DNA of 35,459 nucleotides from an uncultured archaeon. GTDB lineage: Archaea; Asgardarchaeota; Thorarchaeia; Thorarchaeales; Thorarchaeaceae. The position numbers and the translations under genes are program-made. This document shows positions 1-10,800 of the stretch, in pieces (position 1 is the first letter of the stretch; every line of letters starts with the position of its first letter). The notes beneath the pieces were generated by a model. It was not told the origin of the DNA. It saw only the letters and a program-made list of their open reading frames with translations, and ran no database searches. Location of the stretch: NCBI GenBank assembly GCA_964590575.1, contig CAZPWM010000012.1, positions 17,993 to 53,451 on the forward strand, read 5' to 3'.

Positions 1-68
1 TCAAAGAAGAACTTGATTCTTTTGAGCTATAGGCCACGTAGTAGGCAAGACTGGCAATGTATTAAGGA

Positions 69-74
69 TTTATA
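69..74 (+). promoter_or_regulatory. Putative archaeal TATA box (TTTATA) for the ATP-grasp/GNAT transcript
   Basis: TTTATA preceded by purine-rich AAGGA, about 32 nt upstream of ATG 106; spacing fits a leaderless or short-leader archaeal transcript. Confidence 0.4.
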
Positions 75-105
75 CGAAACTGTACATATTTTTCGACGAA
101 TCTCC

Positions 106-1101
106 ATGAAAGTTGCACTAGTACTAAACACACGAAAAGATGAATCCGAGTTCGAAGTAGAATATGACCCACCACATACAATTGAGCTGATACAACATGG
201 AATAGAATCAGCAGGGCATGACTACTCATTCATCGAAGCTGATGCGAACATCCTTGAAACATTGAAACAAGTCAAACCAGACCTTGTCTTCAACAGAGCC
301 GAAGGTGTTCGTGGTGAAAGTCGAGAGTCTCATATTCCTGCAATCTTGGAGATGCTTGGAATTCCATATGTTGGTGCCAATGTTCTCTCAACAGCAGTTT
401 GCCTGAATAAGGGCTGGACAAAGAAATTCCTATCATTCCATAATATAGTGACCCCGCAGTTTCATATACTGTCAAATGTCAAACAAGTCAACAAACTTGA
501 CATCAAATATCCAGTCATCCTGAAACCCAATGAAGAGGGGTCTTCAGTTGGTATCAATGAGGATAATGTTGTGTCTGACAAGAAGCAATTCGTCAAGAAG
601 CTCGGATCTATGCTACAGGAGTATAAACAGCCAATCTTGGTCGAACAGTTCATTCAAGGTCGTGAGTTCACTGTGGGTGTACTAGATTGTCTTGGTCCCA
701 AACCTGAGGTTTTTGCCATATTGGAGATTGACTTCTCGAAGTTTCCAGCAGATGTTGGTGGTGTCTATGGACAGCGGGCCAAGACAATCTATGAAGAGCT
801 AGACCATTACATATGCCCTGCAAATATCCGTAAGGATCTAAAAAGAAAGATCGAGAAGAATTCTATTGCCATTTGTGAATTACTGGAGATCCCCGATTTT
901 GCACGAATTGATTATAGGATGGATGTTGACGAAGAACTATACTTTCTAGAAATTAATCCACTACCTGGGATGGACTTTGATTTAGATAACAAAGACATAT
1001 CCTTCTATCCGTATATGGCAATGAAATCTGGTCTTACCTATGACCAGCTGATCCAGAAACTCATTGACTCAGCTGCACATAGATACGGATTGAAGGCTTA
1101 A
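106..1101 (+). CDS. D-alanine--D-alanine ligase-like ATP-grasp enzyme
   Basis: Motifs DLVFNRAEG, LEMLGIPYVG, YPVILKPNEEGSSVGI, LVEQFIQGREFTVG, ARIDYR, FLEINPLPG. The ORF track starts at 13; ATG 106 (MKVALV) preferred. Confidence 0.9.
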   Translation: MKVALVLNTRKDESEFEVEYDPPHTIELIQHGIESAGHDYSFIEADANILETLKQVKPDLVFNRAEGVRGESRESHIPAILEMLGIPYVGANVLSTAVCLNKGWTKKFLSFHNIVTPQFHILSNVKQVNKLDIKYPVILKPNEEGSSVGINEDNVVSDKKQFVKKLGSMLQEYKQPILVEQFIQGREFTVGVLDCLGPKPEVFAILEIDFSKFPADVGGVYGQRAKTIYEELDHYICPANIRKDLKRKIEKNSIAICELLEIPDFARIDYRMDVDEELYFLEINPLPGMDFDLDNKDISFYPYMAMKSGLTYDQLIQKLIDSAAHRYGLKA

Positions 1102-1124
1102 AATCTGGAGTGAGGTACTAACCA

Positions 1125-1631
1125 ATGAACTCCCGTGATGCCTGGGAAAAGTTAAGGACACAACTTATCCCTTTTTTCGGAGATGCGGTGCACATCGTGA
1201 TACCTGAGTCATGGTCCGCTCAGTATGAAAAATGGTTCAAAGAGATTGAAGTAAGTTCATTTAGAGAGTCCCTTCGCTATAATACTGAAGAATTGAAAAC
1301 ACGTCTAAACGAAAAGGATGTCGTGATGATATTCTTAGTTGTTAATGACAGTCCCGAAGGTGTGATTCTAGGATATCCGGTTAAACGAGAACAAGTGAAA
1401 ATTTTCTATCTGGATACTTTTGCTGTTAGAACGAGGGGAAAAGGGATTGGTAGAATCGTGCTTCGTTTCATCATTCAATGGGCCAAATTGAACGGATACT
1501 ATGCAATTGAGATAGACACAGAAGCTGAGAATGAGGTAGGGATTCCGCTACAGAGATTCTATGAGAGCTTTGACTTTGTTGTACAATCTATCGCGGATGA
1601 TGGCAATATCACAATGACTCTTACTCTCTGA
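1125..1631 (+). CDS. GNAT family N-acetyltransferase
   Basis: Acetyl-CoA motif FAVRTRGKGIGRIVL, later LQRFYESFDF; GAGGT RBS upstream. Confidence 0.85.
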   Translation: MNSRDAWEKLRTQLIPFFGDAVHIVIPESWSAQYEKWFKEIEVSSFRESLRYNTEELKTRLNEKDVVMIFLVVNDSPEGVILGYPVKREQVKIFYLDTFAVRTRGKGIGRIVLRFIIQWAKLNGYYAIEIDTEAENEVGIPLQRFYESFDFVVQSIADDGNITMTLTL

Positions 1632-1638
1632 TTTTCAG

Positions 1639-2655
1639 CTATTCAAAATCTCTGCCAGTAAGTATTGCTGCAAACGTCCCTTTGACTGTAACTTTACTGT
1701 CAGCTAGGTCGTTCATAACAGCAAGAGTACTGGCTGCAGCTGGAAGAACATAAAGGCCCTCTTCCTGTCGAAGTAGTTTGGAAAATTCCATCATTTTACT
1801 GTCCGATGCATAGTCTGCGAATCCTTTAGAATCATAGATGGCATCCAACGCTTCTTGACCATCGAAAGAGTGCCAATTCGTTAGGGGTTCATTGAATTTA
1901 GTTTCCTTGATTTCATCTCTACCGAGGTCATGAATAATTCTACTATTCATCTTGAAAGATTTGACAATCGGGTTACCGCGTCTCGTACTTGTAGCCACCA
2001 TCTTTGGTAGGACTGAAATCTTACCTGCCTCATACAACTTTTTGAATCCTAAATGGATTCCTGCGATAGTTGTACCATTCCCTACAGGCACGAAGATATA
2101 ATTTGGTGCTCTTCGAATGTCTCTGTATATCTCGTTCGAAATTTCGGAATATGCTTCTATAGATATCTCCTTGACACCCTCTACTCCTGGATTTGCATCG
2201 AACCAGCCCTCCTCCTTAGCCATTTTGCTTGATAATTCTACAAGGTCCTCGTATTGACCTGGTCCGAAGTGAAGCTCTGCTCCAGTTTCTTTTATACGTT
2301 TCATCCGATCTTTGGGTACATGATATCCTTCAGGGATAAAGATATGGGCTGGAATATCGAATACTCTTGCTGCCCACGCAAGTGACGCTCCAAAATTGCC
2401 GCAAGACGCTGCTGTAATTGCTGTAGCATGTTGCTGCTTAGCGGTGTCCAATATTGCGAGAGAAATACGATCCTTCTGTGTTCCTGTTGGATTGCCCCCT
2501 TCAAATTTAAGGTATAATCTTTCACAACCAACATATCTTGCAAGATTCTTTGATTCGATGAACGTGGTGGAGCCTACGAATTCACTCCATTTTACTTTAC
2601 GTCCATTCCTTTTAACAAGTCTTTCATATTCATCTGTCATTTTTCTCAGTGCCAT
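1639..2655 (-). CDS. PLP-dependent fold-type II enzyme, threonine synthase-like
   Basis: LYLKFEGGNPTGTQKDR (PLP Lys), AASCGNFG, VPVGNGTTIAG, AILTG. Confidence 0.85.
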   Translation of the reverse strand: MALRKMTDEYERLVKRNGRKVKWSEFVGSTTFIESKNLARYVGCERLYLKFEGGNPTGTQKDRISLAILDTAKQQHATAITAASCGNFGASLAWAARVFDIPAHIFIPEGYHVPKDRMKRIKETGAELHFGPGQYEDLVELSSKMAKEEGWFDANPGVEGVKEISIEAYSEISNEIYRDIRRAPNYIFVPVGNGTTIAGIHLGFKKLYEAGKISVLPKMVATSTRRGNPIVKSFKMNSRIIHDLGRDEIKETKFNEPLTNWHSFDGQEALDAIYDSKGFADYASDSKMMEFSKLLRQEEGLYVLPAAASTLAVMNDLADSKVTVKGTFAAILTGRDFE

Positions 2656-2722
2656 TGATTTTGCTTACATTCTACTAATAACCCTGATGGTGATTTATAC
2701 CCTATTAGTAATCTATTTCCAT

Positions 2723-3985
2723 TCATGCTTGATTTATTCTACGTATTCTTGCTTTGCATTCTGCAGTTTTAATAACATCTCCGAGTTCTTCGTAGAGTGA
2801 TTGTGCTACAACCCATGTGCGTCTTGCCTCATCATGCCTATCTAGAATCTCCAATATCATTGCTCGATAGTATAGATGCTCTGGATTTCCAGGGTCAACA
2901 GAAAAAGCAGTGTCAAAGTCCTCCAACGCCTCTTGATATTTCTCTGTTGAGTAATAAATCAAGCCTCTCTGATGTGCAACACTAGCGTTCTTGGGGTCAA
3001 GAGCAAGAGCTGTATTGAGATATTCCAATGCTGTACCCTCATCCTCAAGAAGTAACATCACGGTGCCATTTTTAACCCAAGACTCTACATGTTCAGGATT
3101 GGCGTTGATAGCCTTTTGATATGCATTGGACGCCTGCTGATATGACTTGAAAGATTTGTGAATGTCCCCTTTCTTTATCCAAAGCTCTGGGTCATCGAAT
3201 TTGATGCTCACCGCTTTGTCATAATAGTATAGTGCTGACTCTCGATCATGCTTCTCAGCATAGACATCACCCATCGTGGAAAGAGCATATGCCTGTTCGG
3301 GGTCTAGTGCTAAGGCTCTGGTCAGGACTTCGATTGCTTCGTCGTATTTTTTTATAGTGAGATAGACATTCCCAAGTTCCATTAATGCAGGTATGAATTT
3401 TGGGTTCATAGCCAGAGCACGTCGCAACCACGTCACTGCTACATCAAGTTCTCCCCTTGCCCGAAAGAATTCACCTTTTACGAGCAAGGCTCTAGTCATA
3501 TTGGAATCAATTGCTAAGGCTCGGTCAAGGTTTGTATTGGCTTCTTCAAGTTCTCCAAGCTTAAGCTGCCCCACTGCAAGATATACCATTGCAAGAGCAT
3601 TTCTGTGGTCTATTGCTAGGGCACTTCCAAGGCAACTGATTGCCTCTTTGGGACTCGATACCATTAGATACGCCAATCCCATGTTTATCCATGCACTGAC
3701 TTGGTTACTATCAAGCCCTAATGCCAATTCATAAAGGACAATAGCACGGCCAAATATGGCTTCTTGGAGATATATATCCGCTAAACGTGTAATAATTCTT
3801 GGGACTCTTTCATCTGACTTTATTTCATCAAGGGTTTGAAGCAGCTCTTTCTCCAAATCTCCAAGTTGCCTTCTCTCTCGAGTCATAATGGCCACTGGAC
3901 GGATGCTCTCTGGTTCAATCAGCTCCGCTGGATTCAACTTATCCAGTTTAGCACCGATTGCTTCCAGCAGCTCATCCTTGTTCAC
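2723..3985 (-). CDS. Tetratricopeptide repeat protein (~9-10 TPRs)
   Basis: 34-aa periodicity, e.g. AWINMGLAYL...ALAIDHR, ALMELGNVYL...ALALDPE, LWIKKGDIH...AINANPE; GTG start. Confidence 0.9.
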   Translation of the reverse strand: MNKDELLEAIGAKLDKLNPAELIEPESIRPVAIMTRERRQLGDLEKELLQTLDEIKSDERVPRIITRLADIYLQEAIFGRAIVLYELALGLDSNQVSAWINMGLAYLMVSSPKEAISCLGSALAIDHRNALAMVYLAVGQLKLGELEEANTNLDRALAIDSNMTRALLVKGEFFRARGELDVAVTWLRRALAMNPKFIPALMELGNVYLTIKKYDEAIEVLTRALALDPEQAYALSTMGDVYAEKHDRESALYYYDKAVSIKFDDPELWIKKGDIHKSFKSYQQASNAYQKAINANPEHVESWVKNGTVMLLLEDEGTALEYLNTALALDPKNASVAHQRGLIYYSTEKYQEALEDFDTAFSVDPGNPEHLYYRAMILEILDRHDEARRTWVVAQSLYEELGDVIKTAECKARIRRINQA

Positions 3986-4056
3986 AAAAGTCCCCTCCGT
4001 CTTTGAGTGTCCCTTTTCTTATCAAACTTTGTAACCAACTTGTACCTTTGGCTCTC

Positions 4057-4743
4057 CTAGAATGCGAACGCGAACACACCTAGAGAGAGTAAGAAGATTG
4101 CTAGATAGTAGGTAGGCATGATATAGAACTCATAACGTGAGATCTTGTGGTGGAATTCGTTAATCCCAATGAAGGAATCTGAGATTATGAAGAACAGTGC
4201 TCCGATTACTGGCAAGTATCCCAGGAGAGCTCCTGAAGTCTGCCACAGGAGGAGGGAAGCACTAAGTGTTGCTGCTATTATGATGAAGTACAGAGTCCCA
4301 GCTCGTAATATGAATGGTGGAATCTCAGGACCTGATGCACGAAGGTATCTAATCAGCATGAAGACATACACAACTCCCACAACCAGACAACCAGCGAACA
4401 CTGCCAAGGGGATCAATGTAAGTCCCACTACACTCGCTTGCCATAGGAAGTCGGTAGTATAGAGAATGTGGGCTATCAGAAACATGCCTATGCCCGGAAC
4501 GAGGTCAACCTCCATCCCAACATCCCCAAACATACAGAACACCAATGCAGCTGCCAATAGGATTGTGAACAGAGTTGGTGGTTTAAAGAGAAGAACAAAG
4601 ACCACCGCACTCAATGCTGGAATCATTTTGATCAGGGTGGTTGGCGATGCGACCTTCTTCTCACCAGTTGAAGCTCTATCCTGAAGGTACGTCGAGACTA
4701 TTACTACGACCCAGAAGACCGCGCTATAGATTTCTAGTGACAT
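4057..4743 (-). CDS. YhhN/TMEM86 lysoplasmalogenase-like membrane protein
   Basis: Multi-TM; IKMIP, FCMFGDV, GIGMFLIAHILY, GALFFIISDSFIG, IMPTYYLA match YhhN motifs. Confidence 0.85.
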   Translation of the reverse strand: MSLEIYSAVFWVVVIVSTYLQDRASTGEKKVASPTTLIKMIPALSAVVFVLLFKPPTLFTILLAAALVFCMFGDVGMEVDLVPGIGMFLIAHILYTTDFLWQASVVGLTLIPLAVFAGCLVVGVVYVFMLIRYLRASGPEIPPFILRAGTLYFIIIAATLSASLLLWQTSGALLGYLPVIGALFFIISDSFIGINEFHHKISRYEFYIMPTYYLAIFLLSLGVFAFAF

Positions 4744-4807
4744 GGTCCACTCTACAAACGATTCCCGCCCTTAAGTAATGCGATTCTTGGGTCAAGGGAT
4801 GGTGCGA

Positions 4808-7800
4808 TTATGCCACAATCCTGACAGGCTTCAGGTTCACAATCATGTGCTCACCCTCGACATTGTCGTACTCGACCATTCCCACAAGTTCTCCCTCTGC
4901 TCCAGGCTGCAGCTCAAACTCAATTTGCGCAATTGAAACCGTATCAGGCTCGACAGTTCCAAGACTCTGCGTCTTTATCGCATCAGTCAGGTCTGGTACG
5001 CCCAGTATCACTTGCACGTTCTGCATCGCGTTGTCAGCACCGTTCCGCACTACTACACCGAAGATAACGCGCCCATCACGAATCTTGTACTCAACAGCAA
5101 TGTCCATACCCGGCTCCAGCCCTAGGCTCGCAGGCTCCGCCCGAGTCACGAACTCCCTCGTCATTCGAGCATCACGGAACTTCCTCACGCCAACTGCAGC
5201 AATAAACGCCAGCACCAAGAGTCCCGCAACCTGGAATATCCAGTGCGATGTCGGGAAGAAGTCCTGTCCATCCATGATGCCATCTCCATCACTATCAGGG
5301 TTATTGGGGTCCGTGCCCAGCACCATAATCTCTGTGTAGTCATCAATACCATCTCCATCGCTGTCTGCCAGCAGAGGGTTTGTATGGTATTCATTGACCT
5401 CAGCACCATCAGATAGCATATCCGAGTCCGTGTCATTGTTCATTGGTTGGGTGAGGTACTCTGTAACTTCCAGAAAGTCGCCGAGACCATCTTGGTCACT
5501 GTCTGTTTTGGTTGGGTCAGAATATGGAGTGACGAAAAGCTCCTCATAGTCGCTCAGTCCATCGAAATCTCCGTCCTCTCTTAGCGGGTTTGTGGGGATG
5601 CCCAGCGGGTTCACACCGAAGACCTCATCGTAATCACTTATGTTATCCTCATCAGTGTCTTCGACATTCGGGTTTGTTTCGTATATGATAACTTCCTCGT
5701 AGTCGCTAAGTCCATCAAGGTCGCTATCTGGCAACAAGGGGTCGGTATTATAGAGAAGATACTCTTCTCCGTCCGTCAGCTGGTCAAAATCACTATCCGT
5801 ACCATTGATGTTCGTGCCCAGGAAAATTTCAAGTCCATCTTTGAGATCATCATTATCAAAGTCATCATCGTTGGGTAGTGTGTGGTAAATCCGTAACTCG
5901 TCCCAGTTTGAAAGACCGTCATTGTCACTATCATAGTCTCTATCCAAGGTTGTCCCATACGTCATGTTGGTTGTCGGGTCTGTTCCGGTCAGAATCACTT
6001 CCTCATAGTCACTCAGCCAATCGAGGTCTGTGTCATTCGAGTCCGGCATGGTGCCCCAGTCGTTGACCTCAGGACCATCTTCCAAACCATCAAAATCACT
6101 GTCCTTGTTGAGTGGGTCAGTTCCCCAGTCATCAATCTCTTCGTTGTCATAGAGACCATCATGGTCGCTATCTCTGTTTCTCGGGTCGGTATGGTAAATC
6201 TTGCATTCTTCTCCGTTAGTGATTGTGTCGCCATCCTCATCGTCGTTGTAATCTGATATTCCGTTGTCATTACTGTCAGGGTTTCGTGGGTCCGTCAGGG
6301 TTAGTACACACTCCCAGTAGTTGGTTAGGAGGTCTCTGTCCTCATCATCCGCACCATCGGACTTTCCATCAGAGTCACTATCGAATAGTCGAGGGTTAGT
6401 TTTTGTGAGACGAATCTCCTGCTGATTGGTCAACAGATCTCCATCAATGTCCCAATCCGCATCAGATATCAGATTCCCTTGAGTGCTGTAGAGGGTCGGG
6501 TCCGTGTGCGTCATGTTCACTTCTTCAAAATCTGTAAGGGAGTCTTTGTCTGTATCACTCACTCTAGGGTTAGTGTAGACCCATCTACTAGTAACAACAC
6601 CACTGATGTTGAAGGTCATGTAGAAACCATTGATTTCTTGTCCATCTAGAAGTTTGTCGGAGTCGGTGTCTTCTCGCAATGGCGATGTGTTGTAAATGTT
6701 CAGTTCATCACCATCTCCGATTGAGTCTCCATCTGTATCGTAAAGCAATGGATTAGTTTCGAACACCTTGATCTCATCATAGTCACTGAGATTGTCTGAG
6801 TCCGTGTCTGTGCTGTTCAAGAGCGTGTGCCATGTTAGTGCCTCCTCTGAGTCTTCGAGACCGTCATTATCGCTATCTCTATCGTTGGGGTTGCTTGACC
6901 AGTAGAAGAGTTCATCCCAGTCTCCGAGACCATCCTCATCACTATCGAACATGTTTGGTGAGGTGCCCCAGACAAATATCTCATCGAAATCACTCAGGAA
7001 ATCTGAGTCTGTGTCAATCAGTGTGCAGTTGGTCTCGTAGAGGTATATCTCGTCAGCGTTTGTAAGGCCGTCCGCATCTTGGTCATCTAGGTCGTCAGGG
7101 ATAGAATCTCCATCTGTGTCAACAAGAAGTGGGTTTGTCCCGCTATTGAATAACTCATCCGCATCTGCGAGATTATCTGAGTCTGTGTCATCGTTGATTG
7201 GTGAGGTTCCGTAGATGTTCACCTCGTCGCCATCACTTATTGTGTCAAAGTCAGTGTCCCAGTTCTGCCAGTCTGTGCCGTTCTCGAGTTCCTCTGCATC
7301 GTTAAGTCCATCCTGATCGACATCCGCCTCTGTTGGGTCAGTATTGTAAAGTACCCACTCTTCCCAGTCTGAAAGTGTATCGGAGTCTGTGTCATTTAGC
7401 AATGGGTCAGTACCAATGTCCAACTCAAGCTTGTCACTGAGAAGGTCATCATCTGTGTCGATAGAATTCGGGTTCGTCCCGTATGTGTTCCATTCATCTC
7501 CATCAGATAATGTGTCACCATCACTATCCCATGAGGTGGGTGAAGTGAGCGAGACATACACCTCGAAGTAATCATCGAGACCATCTGAATCACTATCACT
7601 CCCACTTGGGTCTGTGTGATATATCCAGTATTCGAGATAATCGCTGAGCTGATCATTATCACTGTCTTGGTCGGTCGGTGATGTGCCTGACACATATACC
7701 TCGAAACCATCATTTAGACCGTCTAAATCGGTATCCTTCGCAGTAGCGTTTGAGTGGTACCCATAAATCTCAACTGCATTGGTCAGACCATCCCCGTCAT

Positions 7801-10800
7801 TGTCAAGCTGCCCGTCAAGAGTACCATTCATGTTAGTGGATGGTAGCAGAGGGTTAGTGCCTAGGTATTCTATCTCAACAAAGTCATCCAGCTGGTCTCC
7901 ATCAGTGTCCTGAATGTTGATGTCGGTGCCATAGAATAACTCCTCGTTATCTAGGAGTCCATCACCATCACTGTCATTCGATAACGGGTCTGAAAGGTAG
8001 ACGAGTACCTCCATTCCATCTCCGATATTGTCGTTGTCGCTATCAAAATCCCCGGGGTTCGTTTCATAGATGTAAACCTCATCCCCATTTGTCAGCGAAT
8101 CACCATCACTGTCAATCATGTAATCCGTGTGGGTTCCATTATACCACATGTTGTTGGGGTCGGTGAGGGTCTGCTTGATCTCTACCCAGTCAGACAGCAA
8201 GTCTGAATCAGTGTCGTTGTTGAGAGGGTTAGTGAAGTAGTCGTTAATTTCCTCTCCATCCAATAGACCGTCCTCGTCGCAGTCATCATTTAACGGGGAT
8301 GTGCCGTAGACGTACTCCTCAGCATCGTCCAATCCATCGGAATCACTGTCGGCTTCAAATGGTGAGGTCTCGCCAACGTTCACAACACCGTTCGCATTGA
8401 CATCCTCTCCACGTTCTCCGAGAAGCGGTTCATAGATGCCATTGAGGTTTATGTCATTCCACCCATCGTACAATGTGTCTCCGTCGCTGTCCGGATTTGT
8501 AGCATTGAGACCAACATCAATCTCTAGTCCATCTCGGATGCGGTCTCCATCAGTGTCCCAGAGAGTGACATTAGTGTTGTAGGTCCGCAGTTCCTCTATG
8601 TTCGTGAGACCGTCATTGTCTTGGTCATCCTGTCCATCGAGAATGCCATCATCGTCATCATCGTTGTCAGTAGGGTCTGTGTGGGTGTAGTGTACTTCTT
8701 CACCGTCAGTTAATTGATCTAAGTCAGTGTCTGCAGCCAATGGGTCGCAGCCATTCTCCTGTTCCTCTACATTGGTCAGGTCATCGTTGTCCGGGTCCTC
8801 CTCCCCATCGAAGACGCCGTTATCGTTCGTGTCGTTGTAGAGTGGGTCGGTCCCGGTCATCTCGACCTCGAACCAGTTCTCGAGGGAGTCACCATCCTCA
8901 TCGTCATGATAGTCCGATATGAAGTCATTATCTGTGTCACTGTCATTGTGTAGCGTGTGCGTGATGTAGAGCTCGACTCCATTACTCAACCCATCACCGT
9001 CAAAGTCCTCATCATAGTCAGTGATACCATTATCGTTGCTATCCTCATCGTTGGGATCTGTGAGCAGGATTAATACCTCGTCTCCATCTTTTACTTTATC
9101 TCCATCAGTGTCCGGATTTCTAGGATGTGTGAATGTCACATACAACTCTTCATAATTAGTAAGTCTGTCGAGGTCGCTGTCTTCAAGATCATCTGTAAGG
9201 GGCAACCCACCAGAATCTTTCAAAGTAGGATTCGTGCGCGTTAAGTAAATCTCTTGATAGTTAGTGAGAGTATCATTATCATAGTCATAGTTTCCATCCA
9301 AGATCGTAGCATTGAAGGTATGGGGGTTTGTTGCATTCCAGAAGTGTGGAGCACCACGATACTTCACTTCATCTGGGTCGCGAATCAAATCAAAGTCAGA
9401 GTCAACTAGCGTAGCATTTGTTTTATACGTGAAGACCTCCAAGCCATCTCCCAACGTATCCCCGTCTGTGTCACTGTTGGTCACGTTTGTGAAATATACG
9501 TAACATTCTAGATAGTCATTGAGATTATCAAGGTCGGTGTCAGCAGAGTTGGGATCAGATTTCCAGACATTGACTTCCAGTCCATCTGAAATATTATCAG
9601 AATCAGTGTCGTTGTTTAACGGGTCCGTGAAGTAGGTATTGACCTCTGCCCCATCGCTTAACGTGTCATCGTCACTGTCACTATCTAACACACCTGTGCC
9701 ATAAATGACGTATTCGTCATAGTCTGAAAGCCCATCACCATCACCATCAGCCTTGAGTGGATCTGAGTGGACAATCATCACCTCTTCGTAATCCGTTAGT
9801 TTGTCATTATCTGTGTCTTCGTTGAGCGGCGATGTTTTGCTGATCTTCACTTCATACCCATCATTCAAAAGGTCATCATCACTGTCAGGGTCGTATAATC
9901 CAGTCCCGAGCTGAATCTCTTTCCAGTTTGCGAGGTTGTCACCATCTTGGTCATCATAATAGTCTGTTATGGAGTCTCCGTCAGTGTCCACATCATTGGG
10001 ATCTGTCTTGGACTGGCGGACCTCCTGGATGTTCGTGAGTCCATCCCCGTCGTTGTCATCTTGCGCATCATTGATATTATCTCCGTCGCTGTCAGGATCA
10101 GTGGGCAGGGTGAGAGTGACGTTGTTCTCCTCATAGTCAGTAAGCGAGTCTCCGTCAGTGTCTGCCTGATTTGGATTAGTACCGAGGTATATCTCTTGCC
10201 AATCTGTGAGTTTGTCTGAGTCAGTATCGGCTAAGTTGGGGTCAGTGCCATGAGTGATGACCTCTGCAAAGTCAGAGAGTTTGTCGCCATCTGAGTCCGC
10301 TTTGAGAGGGTTTGTTCCATAGGTGAGGACCTCTTGCCCATCACTCAAATTGTCATTGTCGGTGTCAGAGTCATTGTAGAGCGTACCCTCCATGATGATC
10401 TCGCGAGCATCTGCGAGTCCATCTTTGTCAAAGTCTCTACCATAGGTGGACACGGCACCGAAGTTCGTGCCGAAGGCGAACTCATCTCCTCCGAAGTTGT
10501 CGAGGTCGCCAAAAGCCAAAGCACCAGTGAACCCATTAGCAGTGAGCTGGTTGACCCTCCATCCTGTGGAGTTGTACGTCGTGAGAGTGTTGGGAGTTCC
10601 CACGAGCACCTGTGCATTGGTAGTGGCTCCGATATTGGGGAACCGTATATCGTTTGGTACGCCGCCCAACGTCTTGTTCCATGACAACACTCCTACTGAG
10701 GTGTAGACACGAAGTTGATTGGACGCTGTACCAAGCGCGAACTCATACCTCCCACCAGTGACAAGGTCTCCGACGCGAAGGGCAGAGATACTACTAGCGA

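Noticed and set aside
106-1101. Assigning ddl and peptidoglycan synthesis
   Set aside because: Lacks the GGxSxE N-terminal and LHG motifs of true Ddl; archaeal context without mur genes.
2723-3985. TPR protein as a BBS4/BBS8 or IFT homolog completing a proto-BBSome with the operon
   Set aside because: TPRs are too generic to assign by eye; it is separated from the operon by YhhN and ~65-70 nt gaps.
5260-10435. Periodic gtcatc/gtcagt-rich DNA as a CRISPR array or DNA repeat element
   Set aside because: No constant repeat with unique spacers; periodicity is explained by Asp-rich protein repeats in one open frame; no cas genes.
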